Below the pieces are notes generated by a model that was not told where the DNA came from, made no database searches, and worked only from the letters and a program-made list of their open reading frames with translations. From contig NZ_CP034549.1 in assembly GCF_003966335.1 (NCBI RefSeq), positions 1,740,001-1,772,000 on the forward strand: 32,000 nt of DNA. Reading direction: 5' to 3'. A program made the translations under genes and the position numbers. Numbering within the stretch: position 1 is the stretch's first letter; every line of letters begins with the position of its first letter. The stretch comes from Nonlabens ponticola (GTDB lineage: Bacteria; Bacteroidota; Bacteroidia; Flavobacteriales; Flavobacteriaceae). Shown one piece after another: positions 1 through 8,402 of the stretch.

Positions 1-549
1 ATCTTCTAGCGTTGCTAGACCCAGCGTATAAGTGCTTTGATTAAGTAACGTTCTAAAGTTGCTGCGTGTCAATTGAATGCCATCAATGCGATTGAAGATC
101 ATGCCTCGCTCCACGCCATTTTCTGCCGCGCTTGAATTATTTTGTGTATATCGTACAAATCCAAAAACGTTGGCATCATTATCTGGATATTCTACCAGGA
201 CAAATTCCATACCGTTGGATGGACTTTGTCCTGACAATACTTGCTCTAATGCTATATAATCATCGTAAATGATGGAGAATTTATCACGATCAAATTTAAG
301 GGAATTGAAAAATTCTTCTGGTGAATCAAACTGCTTGTGATATTCCTCTAGCTCATTAACTGTTTCAAATCTATCGTCAGCCAGTACCGGAATCTCTGCC
401 TTATATAGATAAAAGGCGTTCATGCCACGATATACAAAGTTCTTGATGGTGACATCACTGGCAAAGCGATCATCATTATCATCTGCACATCCAATAATTA
501 AACTAGTTGCAGCAATAAAGGAAATAAGTAAAAGAGGTCTATAATTCAT
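1..549 (-). CDS. S41-family (C-terminal processing type) peptidase, N-terminal part; the gene runs off the left edge
   Basis: My own translation of the reverse strand from the ATG at 549-547 stays open to base 1. It begins MNYRPLLLISFIAATSLIIGCADDNDDRF (lipoprotein-type signal), then FVYRGMNAFYLYKAEIP and a PDZ-like stretch GFVRYTQNNSSAAENGVERGMIFNRIDGIQL. It is absent from the ORF track because it is truncated. Confidence 0.6.
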   Translation of the reverse strand, partial: MNYRPLLLISFIAATSLIIGCADDNDDRFASDVTIKNFVYRGMNAFYLYKAEIPVLADDRFETVNELEEYHKQFDSPEEFFNSLKFDRDKFSIIYDDYIALEQVLSGQSPSNGMEFVLVEYPDNDANVFGFVRYTQNNSSAAENGVERGMIFNRIDGIQLTRSNFRTLLNQSTYTLGLATLED

Positions 550-718
550 AAAGCAATTTTAAGTCAGCATTAAAAATAAAGAATTAAGCAGCATAAGGTT
601 CAATCTATAGTGAAACTATTGTGCCATACCTACGATATAAAAGGCCTATTTGTTTTAAAAATTTGATGACCTTGTAACAAATTGAAAACAGGCTCGTCAT
701 GCCTATAGAGACGTTTAC

Positions 719-1228
719 ATGAACCAACCAACTTTCATAGCGACATTTCAAGACGTACAAAAAAGAATGTACCAATTGTCAAGAAGATTGCTCACCTCGC
801 ACGAGGAAGCAGCAGATGCCGTGCAGGAAACCATGCTCAAGCTATGGGAAAAGCGCGAGAAGTTGAAAGATGTAAATAATAAGGAAGCCTATGCCATGCA
901 AATGGTGAAGAACTTCTCTCTAGATCGATTGAAGAGTAAGCAGGCTGGACATCTTAAAATTGTCCATAATAATTATGACTCAGGCGATCGCAACGCACAG
1001 GAAGAAATGGAGCGAGCTACCACGGTAAGCACCGTACAGCAGCTCATCGCAGATCTTCCAGAGAATTATAGAATGGTCATACAACTGCGTGACATACAGC
1101 AATATGACTATGAGGCGATAGAGAAAATAATGAATATGAAGGCAACGGCAGTGCGTGTTAGTTTAAGCCGGGCACGCAAGTTGCTTAAAGAACGAATAGA
1201 ACAGTATCACAACACAGAAACAGCATGA
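719..1228 (+). CDS. RNA polymerase ECF-type sigma-70 factor
   Basis: 169 aa with an ATG start. Region 2-like segment EEAADAVQETMLKLWEKREKL and region 4-like segment LPENYRMVIQLRDIQQYDYEAIEKIMNMKATAVRVSLSRARKLL. Its stop overlaps the next start (ATGA at 1225-1228). Confidence 0.85.
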   Translation: MNQPTFIATFQDVQKRMYQLSRRLLTSHEEAADAVQETMLKLWEKREKLKDVNNKEAYAMQMVKNFSLDRLKSKQAGHLKIVHNNYDSGDRNAQEEMERATTVSTVQQLIADLPENYRMVIQLRDIQQYDYEAIEKIMNMKATAVRVSLSRARKLLKERIEQYHNTETA

Positions 1229-1689
1229 ATGATTTGTTAGAAAAATACTGGAATGGTGCTACCAGCCTGCAAGAAGAGCAGCAACTGCGCGATTATTTTG
1301 CAGGAGACTCTGTGGCGAGAAGCCACGAGGTGTACCGCAGCTTGTTCAACAGTTTTGAGCTGGAGAGTAGGTTAGAGGATGGTGATTATGACGCTTTCGC
1401 GAAAGTGAAATCAAAACAATCACAAGACCACATTTTTAACCGCAGAACATGGAAAGGAATCGCCATAGCAGCAAGCATGGCCGTGGCAGTAGCGGTAGGA
1501 ACTGGATATTTTGAGACCCAGCAGCAACAAGATTTAGGCACCTATGAAACGCCTGAAGAAGCGTATGAAGCAACCGTGGCAGCGCTAGAAATGGTAAGTG
1601 CCAGAATCAATAAGGGTAAAAGCACCTTGCAGCCCATGAAAGAAATTAATCAACAAGCAGCGCCAGTCATACAGCTGGCTCAAAAATAA
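1225..1689 (+). CDS. Putative anti-sigma factor or membrane-anchored partner of the ECF sigma
   Basis: Translationally coupled to the sigma gene. It has one predicted TM segment (WKGIAIAASMAVAVAVGTGYF). The function is inferred from position only. Confidence 0.5.
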   Translation: MNDLLEKYWNGATSLQEEQQLRDYFAGDSVARSHEVYRSLFNSFELESRLEDGDYDAFAKVKSKQSQDHIFNRRTWKGIAIAASMAVAVAVGTGYFETQQQQDLGTYETPEEAYEATVAALEMVSARINKGKSTLQPMKEINQQAAPVIQLAQK

Positions 1690-1715
1690 TTATCAAAACA
1701 ACAAAAATTAAAAAC

Positions 1716-2237
1716 ATGAAAAATTTACTTTACATAGCGACTTTTATTCTAGCAGGAATGACCGCTACCGCCCAAAACTTCAATAAGGTAGGCAACTTAC
1801 CGAAGGTAAGTGAGACCTATATCACAGGAGAAATGTTCAAGATGATATCCGGCATTGATAGCGAGGATCCAGAATTTAATGAGCTCATGAAAAGCGTCGG
1901 TAACTTAACAGAGCTGCGTGTTTACACAACTCAAAATGCCTCAAGTGCTATACAAATGAAAAAGTTTACGGACGATTTTGTTACCACTAGCAAGATGCCA
2001 TTACTCATGAGTGTTAAGGAAGGCAATCAAAAATTCACTTTTCACGCTCGTAAAGGTAGCAGCGATTCTAAGGTTAAAAATCTCGTGATGTTTATTGAAG
2101 GAATGGATAACAATATGGCAGATAGTGTTTTGCTAGTCATTTCTGGTGATATTGATTTGAATCAGATTGCTAAGATTACTGAAAAGATGGACGTTCCTGG
2201 ACAGCGCCAGATAGAAAAGGCGACCAAAGGAAACTAA
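1716..2237 (+). CDS. DUF4252-like secreted protein
   Basis: N-terminal signal peptide (MKNLLYIATFILAGMTATAQ). The GNLTELRVY and LVMFIEG...SVLLVISGDIDLNQI pattern recalls DUF4252 proteins, which commonly follow ECF sigma/anti-sigma pairs in Bacteroidota. Confidence 0.55.
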   Translation: MKNLLYIATFILAGMTATAQNFNKVGNLPKVSETYITGEMFKMISGIDSEDPEFNELMKSVGNLTELRVYTTQNASSAIQMKKFTDDFVTTSKMPLLMSVKEGNQKFTFHARKGSSDSKVKNLVMFIEGMDNNMADSVLLVISGDIDLNQIAKITEKMDVPGQRQIEKATKGN

Positions 2238-2270
2238 GTCAGTAAACCAGCTAACCAAAAAAACACTACT

Positions 2271-2849
2271 ATGAATAGGCTAATATTTAAAGTTATCGCG
2301 TTGAGTCTAGTAGCATTATCCATGCTTACTTCATGCGAGAAACCAGAATCATTGCAGCAGTACTACTTAAACAGCCAGGAAAAAGACGGTTTCATAACCT
2401 CATCGATTCCTAAAGGTATCATGGAAATCAATACTGATAACATGAGTGATGAAGCACAAAATGCTTATAATTCCATAGACAAGGTCAATGTTCTTGCACT
2501 ACCTGTAAATGAGGAGAATCGTGCTCAATACGATCTAGAATCGGTAAGGCTGAACAATGTATTTGCTAATGAAGATTACAAGCTGTTGATGTCTCACAAT
2601 AGCGATAGTTTGAAGATTAAGATGATGTACGATGGTACTCAAAATGCGATTGATGAAATCATCGTTTACGGTAATTCACCTAAAATGGGATTAGGTGTGG
2701 CAAGAGTCATAGGTGATGATATGAATGTTGCCGCTATCATGGAGATGCTCAAGGAATTGGAGAATGATAAAAACGCCGCAAGTAACATTGAAGGATTGTT
2801 AGGTGATATGGGAATCTCTACAAGTGACATCAGCATAGACCCTAAATAA
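2271..2849 (+). CDS. DUF4252-like lipoprotein (second copy)
   Basis: Lipoprotein signal (LSMLTSCEK) and the same operon position. Family assignment is by recollection of the architecture and was not searched. Confidence 0.5.
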   Translation: MNRLIFKVIALSLVALSMLTSCEKPESLQQYYLNSQEKDGFITSSIPKGIMEINTDNMSDEAQNAYNSIDKVNVLALPVNEENRAQYDLESVRLNNVFANEDYKLLMSHNSDSLKIKMMYDGTQNAIDEIIVYGNSPKMGLGVARVIGDDMNVAAIMEMLKELENDKNAASNIEGLLGDMGISTSDISIDPK

Positions 2850-2868
2850 TCGTCATTAGAATAATTTT

Positions 2869-2907
2869 AAAGCTCTTTGATTTGTAAGGATCAAAGAGCT
2901 TTTTTTG
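2869..2907 (+). terminator. Rho-independent terminator after the ECF/DUF4252 operon
   Basis: aaagctctttgat / atcaaagagcttt stem followed by a T-run (agagcttttttt). Confidence 0.6.
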
Positions 2908-2972
2908 TTGGTGACCATTAATCGGTAAGCTATCAGCAGTTGTTATATTTGCAGCCGCTTAAAACATCATTT

Positions 2973-4067
2973 ATGAAAGCTGGTATTGTAGGATTACCCA
3001 ACGTTGGAAAATCAACCCTTTTTAATTGTCTATCAAACGCCAAGGCGCAAAGTGCCAACTTTCCGTTTTGTACGATTGAACCTAACGTGGGCGTGGTCAA
3101 CGTGCCAGATCCACGTTTAAGAAAACTAGAAGAACTGGTCAATCCAGAAAAAGTAATTCCTGCAACCGTAGAGATTGTCGACATCGCTGGACTTGTTAAA
3201 GGAGCCAGTAAAGGAGAAGGTCTTGGGAATCAGTTTCTAGGCAACATTAGAGAAACTGATGCGATTATTCACGTATTGCGTTGTTTTGAGAACGATAACA
3301 TTGTTCACGTTGATGGTAGCGTTGATCCTATTAGGGATAAGGAAACCATTGATATTGAGCTACAGCTCAAAGATCTTGAAACCGTCGATAAGAAACTTGA
3401 GAAAGTAAACAAGGCCGCTCGCACAGGAAATAAGGACGCGATTAAGGAACAAGAAGTCTTGCAGAAAATCAAGAATGCACTAGAGTCGGGAAAATCTGTC
3501 CGCACGGTCGAGCTAGACGAAGAAGTGCGCAAAGAGTACGTCAAGCCATTACAATTTATCACTGATAAGCCAGTCATGTATTTATGTAATGTAAATGATG
3601 ACGATGCGGTATCTGGTAATAAATATGTAGATCAGGTGAAAGAGTTAGTAAAGGATGAAAATGCAGAGGTACTGGTTCTAGCCGTAGGAACAGAAGCCGA
3701 CATTGCAGAGCTAGATGACTATGAAGAACGCAGGGAATTTCTTGCCGACATGGGACTTGATGAAGCAGGAAGCGCAAAACTCATACGATCTGCTTACAAA
3801 TTACTGAATCAAGAAACATACTTCACTGCTGGTGAGAAAGAAGTACGTGCGTGGACCATCAATGCAGGTTCTACCGCACCACAAGCGGCTGGTGTCATCC
3901 ACACAGATTTTGAAAAAGGATTCATACGTGCTGAGGTGATCAAATACGATACTTATGTAGAGTATGGATCAGAAGCGAAGGTTAAGGAAGCCGGTAAACT
4001 CAAGGTTGAGGGAAAGGAGTACACCGTGCAAGATGGCGATGTGATGCACTTCTTGTTTAACGTTTAA
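2973..4067 (+). CDS. ychF: Redox-regulated ATPase YchF (Obg-family GTPase-like)
   Basis: MKAGIVGLPNVGKSTLFN P-loop at the ATG at 2973; the track start at 2940 is a TTG extension. Also DIAGLVKGASKGEGLGNQFL and the C-terminal TGS-like end GKEYTVQDGDVMHFLFNV. Confidence 0.95.
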   Translation: MKAGIVGLPNVGKSTLFNCLSNAKAQSANFPFCTIEPNVGVVNVPDPRLRKLEELVNPEKVIPATVEIVDIAGLVKGASKGEGLGNQFLGNIRETDAIIHVLRCFENDNIVHVDGSVDPIRDKETIDIELQLKDLETVDKKLEKVNKAARTGNKDAIKEQEVLQKIKNALESGKSVRTVELDEEVRKEYVKPLQFITDKPVMYLCNVNDDDAVSGNKYVDQVKELVKDENAEVLVLAVGTEADIAELDDYEERREFLADMGLDEAGSAKLIRSAYKLLNQETYFTAGEKEVRAWTINAGSTAPQAAGVIHTDFEKGFIRAEVIKYDTYVEYGSEAKVKEAGKLKVEGKEYTVQDGDVMHFLFNV

Positions 4068-4078
4068 TTGAAATATTA

Positions 4079-4152
4079 CGGGATGTAGCGCAGCCTGGTA
4101 GCGCGCGCGCATGGGGTGCGTGAGGTCGCAGGTTCAAATCCTGTCATCCCGA
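4079..4152 (+). tRNA. tRNA-Pro (anticodon GGG)
   Basis: Hand-folded cloverleaf. Acceptor cgggatg/catcccg, D-arm gcgc-agcctggta-gcgc, anticodon arm cgcgc-atGGGgt-gcgtg, T-arm gcagg-ttcaaat-cctgt, discriminator a. It is 74 nt and CCA is not encoded. Confidence 0.9.
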
Positions 4153-4163
4153 CAAGCAGATGT

Positions 4164-4190
4164 CCAGCGTTGAAAACGCTGGGCTTTTTT
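4164..4190 (+). terminator. Terminator after tRNA-Pro
   Basis: ccagcgt-tgaaa-acgctgg hairpin followed by gctttttt. Confidence 0.6.
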
Positions 4191-4330
4191 ATTTGTGCCG
4201 CCTCTAGCGCAGCTAGAAAGGTGGCTAAAAATAAAAATGACCAGAGCCGCAAATGCGGCTGGACATCTATTTGCACCCAATGCGATGTAAAAGGATTATT
4301 GAAATCCTGCTAGAAATGCAACTAAAAATT

Positions 4331-4367
4331 AAAATGACTAGAGCCGCGATAGCGGCTCTAGTCATTT
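4331..4367 (-). terminator. Strong hairpin, likely terminator of the minus-strand gene 4418..4879
   Basis: Perfect 17-bp stem aaaatgactagagccgc / gcggctctagtcatttt with A/T runs on both flanks. A degraded copy lies at about 4231-4262. Confidence 0.55.
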
Positions 4368-4417
4368 TATTATGTTATGCAGTGCAATAGCTCTAAAGCT
4401 ATTTATACCAATAAAAT

Positions 4418-4879
4418 TTAATAGCCCAAAAACTGAACACTCACCCAAGTGTCTAGATATTCATCCAGGCTTTCTGGATTTAATTGTTCGTATAGTTTGG
4501 CCAACTGCTTATTCTCTAAGTTAATAGTGAGTAATAAATGTTGCTCGTCCAATTCATTTTTGAATTCGGTTTTGTTGTCAGCTTTTCTAGCAGCTCTTCT
4601 CAGCATTCTCAAGACTACCTTTTTAGAATAAACTTCTGTTCCTAGAGAAAAGTCTGTTGTGGATTTTCCTGACTCTTTAGCAAATCGATGATAGTCAAAT
4701 TCATCTATGGCGTTTATCTCCTTTACGATAGAAAACACCGCGGCCGTATTTGAAAGTTGACTGCTAGTCGATATAGTGACATCATCCAGATGAACCATTT
4801 TAGATGATGTATGCATGTGTTGTGCATATGAATTAAATGATAGTAAAATTGTCCCGATAGTAAAAAGTAAAGTTTTCAT
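4418..4879 (-). CDS. Secreted protein of unknown function
   Basis: ATG start and signal peptide MKTLLFTIGTILLSFNSYAQ. I recognise no motif. Confidence 0.5.
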   Translation of the reverse strand: MKTLLFTIGTILLSFNSYAQHMHTSSKMVHLDDVTISTSSQLSNTAAVFSIVKEINAIDEFDYHRFAKESGKSTTDFSLGTEVYSKKVVLRMLRRAARKADNKTEFKNELDEQHLLLTINLENKQLAKLYEQLNPESLDEYLDTWVSVQFLGY

Positions 4880-5022
4880 GATAGTTGTTTTTAATTACGG
4901 CACAAATATAGGTTTGTTATGTAGTTGAGTTGTTTTACATCATTCACTTGTAATGTTATATTATTCCTGTAATCGATATTTTAAGTAGATATAGAACGAT
5001 TATAGGAAGGCGCGTAGTTAGG

Positions 5023-5110
5023 ATGTCTGCTCGAGCGCAGTCGAGAGCTACCTCGTTCCGAGAAAGTTTTTGATTTGAAAAAGAGGTCTCGACGGCGCTC
5101 GACCAGACAT
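5023..5110. repeat. Intergenic imperfect palindromic element (24-nt arms, 40-nt spacer)
   Basis: atgtctgctcgagcgcagtcgaga (5023-5046) against tctcgacggcgctcgaccagacat (5087-5110) gives 22/24 complementary positions. Confidence 0.5.
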
Positions 5111-5284
5111 TTCACGCCGCTAATCTTTTGATTTGAACTAGACCGCCACTCATATCACGACTATAGCTAGAAATAGCTACTTTTTTTAATAAAATTTAAG
5201 CAACTGAATTGAGCTGAGTCCCAGTAATATTAAAAAGTAGAAAGTATTTGCTCTAAACGACAAAATTATTCAACTGCCTTAAAC

Positions 5285-5506
5285 CTAGTCTTCATGGAAA
5301 GTATCCAGGTACAATTGTTCGACCTTCTCGCGAGCCCATGGCGTACGACGCAAAAATTTGAGGCTGGATTTCACCGTCGGATTTGTATTAAAGGCATTGA
5401 TGCGTATGTGGCCGCCTAGGTCGTGCCAGCCATAGTGATCGACTAGTTTCTCAACCATATCGGCCAGTTTCACGCCGTGTAGTGGATTGTTAGGTTGTGA
5501 TTCCAT
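5285..5506 (-). CDS. DUF2132 / VF530-family small protein
   Basis: MESQPNNPLHGVKLADMVEKLVDHYGWHDLG...KSSLKFLRRTPWAREKVEQLYL matches my memory of the DUF2132 signature. The ATG at 5506 overlaps the upstream TGA by 1 nt; the track start at 5509 is a TTG. Confidence 0.7.
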   Translation of the reverse strand: MESQPNNPLHGVKLADMVEKLVDHYGWHDLGGHIRINAFNTNPTVKSSLKFLRRTPWAREKVEQLYLDTFHED

Positions 5507-6027
5507 CAATCTTCCTCGCTCATGACCATAGTTTCCTTGACCACGCCAGTATTGCCGTTTTTGTCAATGGTGACCTTAAAGAATGTTTCATAATCATCTT
5601 CTGATAGCTCGCCGTAGGTTTCATCGTTTTGTAGATCGTTGACATAACCGTTAATGGTGTTGCTATGACCATAAACCACTACCGTTTTACAGCGATAATC
5701 TTCTAGCAATTGTTTGCCGGTAAGTGTGCTCACATCATAAGTTTCTATAGCTACCTTTTGCGCCTTTGCAAGCGGTGTAGCGGTTGCCTGAGTGCGTTTA
5801 AAGTCAGATGACAGCACGTGATCCACATCTTTTAAGAAGAAATAATTTACCCATTCTTGTGCACGCTTCTGGCCAGCTGGTGCAAGCTCTGGATCGCTGC
5901 CTTGATCGGTTCGTTTTTCTGCATGGCGCATGAAATACAGTGTGGTCAAACCATCGTTTGATTGTGAATTTCCTTTTTCATTGCAGGAAACAAGCATCAT
6001 CATAGCAAGCAGGAACGTGATTCTCAT
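5506..6027 (-). CDS. Histidine phosphatase (phosphoglycerate mutase / SixA-like) family lipoprotein
   Basis: LYFMRHAEK (RHxE catalytic motif) and a later GHSNT. ATG at 6027 gives a lipoprotein signal MRITFLLAMMMLVSC; the track start at 6057 is a TTG. Confidence 0.75.
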   Translation of the reverse strand: MRITFLLAMMMLVSCNEKGNSQSNDGLTTLYFMRHAEKRTDQGSDPELAPAGQKRAQEWVNYFFLKDVDHVLSSDFKRTQATATPLAKAQKVAIETYDVSTLTGKQLLEDYRCKTVVVYGHSNTINGYVNDLQNDETYGELSEDDYETFFKVTIDKNGNTGVVKETMVMSEED

Positions 6028-6122
6028 GAGATCTTCTTTGGTCTCAAAAATAGGCAATTATGCAGCAGCATGGAACCTACTCGTTATTCACAAATCGTGG
6101 TGAAATGATGTTGATTAATTTT

Positions 6123-6136
6123 GCTTTCGCGAAAGC
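6123..6136. repeat. GCTTTCGCGAAAGC palindrome copy, 51 nt upstream of parE and fused to a TAATTTTG -7-like box
   Basis: Exact 14-nt palindrome. The 21 nt taattttgctttcgcgaaagc are identical to the copy at 11115-11135. Confidence 0.7.
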
Positions 6137-6186
6137 TAACACACCACAATCTTTGTTACATTACAAGCTAGGACATAAGGAAGAAA

Positions 6187-8046
6187 ATGGCTGGAGAAAC
6201 TAAATATACCGAGGATAATATACGGTCGCTGGACTGGAAGGAACACATCAGGATGCGTCCTGGAATGTACATAGGTAAACTGGGCGATGGCTCAAGTGCT
6301 GATGATGGTATCTATATTTTATTGAAGGAAGTCATCGATAATTCTATCGATGAATTTGTCATGGGCGCTGGTAAAACCATTGAGGTTTCTATTCAAGGCG
6401 AGCGTGTGATCGTGCGCGATTACGGTCGCGGTATACCGCTGGGTAAGGTGGTTGATGTAGTGTCCAAAATGAATACCGGTGGTAAGTACGACAGTCGTGC
6501 CTTTAAAAAATCAGTAGGTCTTAATGGAGTAGGAACCAAGGCTGTGAACGCATTGTCCAACTACTTTAGGGTTGAGTCTACCAGAGACGGCAAGAGCGCC
6601 AGTGCAGAGTTTGAGCGTGGTGAATTGCAGGATAAAGAAATGCTTGACGAGACCAGCCGCCGTAAAGGAACCAAGATCACTTTTGTACCAGACGACGAGA
6701 TCTTCAAGAATTTCAAATACCGTCCAGAGTATGTGGTGCGCATGTTGAAATATTATGTGTATCTCAATCCTGGCTTGACGATCATCTTTAATGGTGAGAA
6801 ATATTACAGCGAGAATGGTCTAAAGGATCTATTAGGCGAGACGATTAATGAGAGTGACCGATTGTACCCAATCATTCACCTACGCGGCGAGGACATCGAG
6901 ATTGCTCTTACACATAGTAAAACCCAGTACAGTGAGGAATACCACTCTTTCGTCAATGGTCAGAACACCACCCAAGGTGGTACGCATCAGGCAGCTTTTA
7001 GAGAAGCAATAGTCAAAACCATACGTGAGTTTTACAACAAGAATTATGACGCGAGCGATGTGCGCAAGTCCATTGTGAGCGCGATTGCGGTAAAAGTGAT
7101 GGAGCCGGTTTTTGAATCACAGACCAAAACTAAACTAGGTTCTACCGAAATGGGTGGCAAACTACCAACGGTACGTACATTTATCAATGATTTTGTTAAG
7201 ACTCAGCTAGATAATTACCTGCACAAGAATGCAGAAACTGCCGATGCGCTGCAACGCAAAATCATTCAGGCAGAACGTGAGCGCAAGGAATTATCAGGAA
7301 TACGTAAACTAGCCAAGGATCGTGCTAAGAAAGCCAGCCTACACAACAAGAAACTGCGCGATTGCCGTGTTCATCTAACTGATAATAAGAAAGACGCGCA
7401 CCTAGACAGCACGCTCTTCATTACGGAAGGTGATAGTGCTAGTGGATCCATAACTAAATCTCGTAATGTGAATACCCAAGCAGTGTTTTCGCTGCGTGGT
7501 AAGCCGCTTAACTCATACAACATGAGTAAGAAGATTGTCTATGAGAATGAGGAGTTTAACCTACTGCAAGCAGCATTGAATATTGAGGATAGCATGGAAG
7601 ACCTGCGCTACAACAAGATCGTGATCGCTACCGATGCCGATGTTGATGGTATGCACATACGATTACTACTCATCACGTTCTTCCTGCAGTTTTTCCCGGA
7701 GCTTATCAAGAAAGGACATTTGTACATTTTGCAAACACCACTTTTTAGAGTACGTAACAAGAAAGAAACACGCTATTGCTACACGCCAGAAGAACGCGCT
7801 CAAGCACTAGCAGAACTGGGCAAAAACCCTGAAATCACTCGATTTAAGGGTCTAGGTGAGATAAGTCCAGACGAGTTCGTTCATTTCATAGGCGACGACA
7901 TCAGATTGGATCCTATAATGCTAGACGAGAACATGAGCATCGAGGAATTACTCAAATTTTACATGGGTAAAAACACACCAGACCGTCAAGAATTTATCAT
8001 CGATAATTTGAAAGTGGAGTTGGATGTGGTTGAGGAAAGTGCTTGA
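6187..8046 (+). CDS. parE: DNA topoisomerase IV subunit B (type IIA topoisomerase ATPase subunit)
   Basis: 619 aa. GHKL ATPase motifs ([26 protein letters not shown]) and a Toprim region ([19 protein letters not shown]). Its size and pairing with the downstream ParC-type subunit favour ParE over GyrB. Confidence 0.85.
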   Translation: MAGETKYTEDNIRSLDWKEHIRMRPGMYIGKLGDGSSADDGIYILLKEVIDNSIDEFVMGAGKTIEVSIQGERVIVRDYGRGIPLGKVVDVVSKMNTGGKYDSRAFKKSVGLNGVGTKAVNALSNYFRVESTRDGKSASAEFERGELQDKEMLDETSRRKGTKITFVPDDEIFKNFKYRPEYVVRMLKYYVYLNPGLTIIFNGEKYYSENGLKDLLGETINESDRLYPIIHLRGEDIEIALTHSKTQYSEEYHSFVNGQNTTQGGTHQAAFREAIVKTIREFYNKNYDASDVRKSIVSAIAVKVMEPVFESQTKTKLGSTEMGGKLPTVRTFINDFVKTQLDNYLHKNAETADALQRKIIQAERERKELSGIRKLAKDRAKKASLHNKKLRDCRVHLTDNKKDAHLDSTLFITEGDSASGSITKSRNVNTQAVFSLRGKPLNSYNMSKKIVYENEEFNLLQAALNIEDSMEDLRYNKIVIATDADVDGMHIRLLLITFFLQFFPELIKKGHLYILQTPLFRVRNKKETRYCYTPEERAQALAELGKNPEITRFKGLGEISPDEFVHFIGDDIRLDPIMLDENMSIEELLKFYMGKNTPDRQEFIIDNLKVELDVVEESA

Positions 8047-8145
8047 TAGCTGTCAGTTGTCAGTTGACAGTTAACAGTTGCTTGTCGTAATGTGAGGACT
8101 GAGGCACTCGAAGTCCGATTTTAAGTAAAAATTAAAATTTATAAA

Positions 8146-8367
8146 GTGAATAGTAAAACCATCCTTGTAATAACCTTAGTAATCGCGATGCTACTAATCG
8201 TAACAGGCGCGCTATTCAAAATCCTGCATTGGGGTTTTGGCGAGAATGCTTTTATAAATGGTAATGTGATTTTGGCAACTGGATTGGCGCTGAAAGTGAT
8301 GGCGTTGATTGTTTTCATGGGCAAGCTATTGAAAGCAAATAAGAGCGAAACAATTGATGAAAAATAG
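8146..8367 (+). CDS. Small two-TM membrane protein (GldL-N-terminus-like GALFKILHW motif)
   Basis: 73 aa with a GTG start. Two hydrophobic helices. The motif resembles small Bacteroidota membrane proteins and the GldL N-terminus. Coding status is uncertain. Confidence 0.4.
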   Translation: MNSKTILVITLVIAMLLIVTGALFKILHWGFGENAFINGNVILATGLALKVMALIVFMGKLLKANKSETIDEK

Positions 8368-8402
8368 TTAACTGTTAACCAGCAACAGATAACCGACAAC
8401 AA

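Noticed and set aside
77-259. 60-aa plus-strand ORF
   Set aside because: It lies antisense inside the open, motif-bearing S41 peptidase reading frame (1..549, minus) and has no recognisable features.
2933-3777. Minus-strand ORFs 2933..3184, 3305..3577 and 3574..3777
   Set aside because: They are antisense shadows inside the unambiguous ychF gene, with serine/threonine/leucine-rich low-complexity translations.
4076-4313. ORFs 4076..4276 (-) and 4116..4313 (+)
   Set aside because: They overlap the tRNA-Pro gene and its terminator and hairpin region. The sequence is explained by RNA structure and not by coding.
8139-8402. 87-aa minus-strand ORF opposite the small membrane ORF
   Set aside because: It is antisense to 8146..8367. 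The plus-strand product has the cleaner two-helix membrane pattern and fits the parE-parC transcription direction. Neither is certain.
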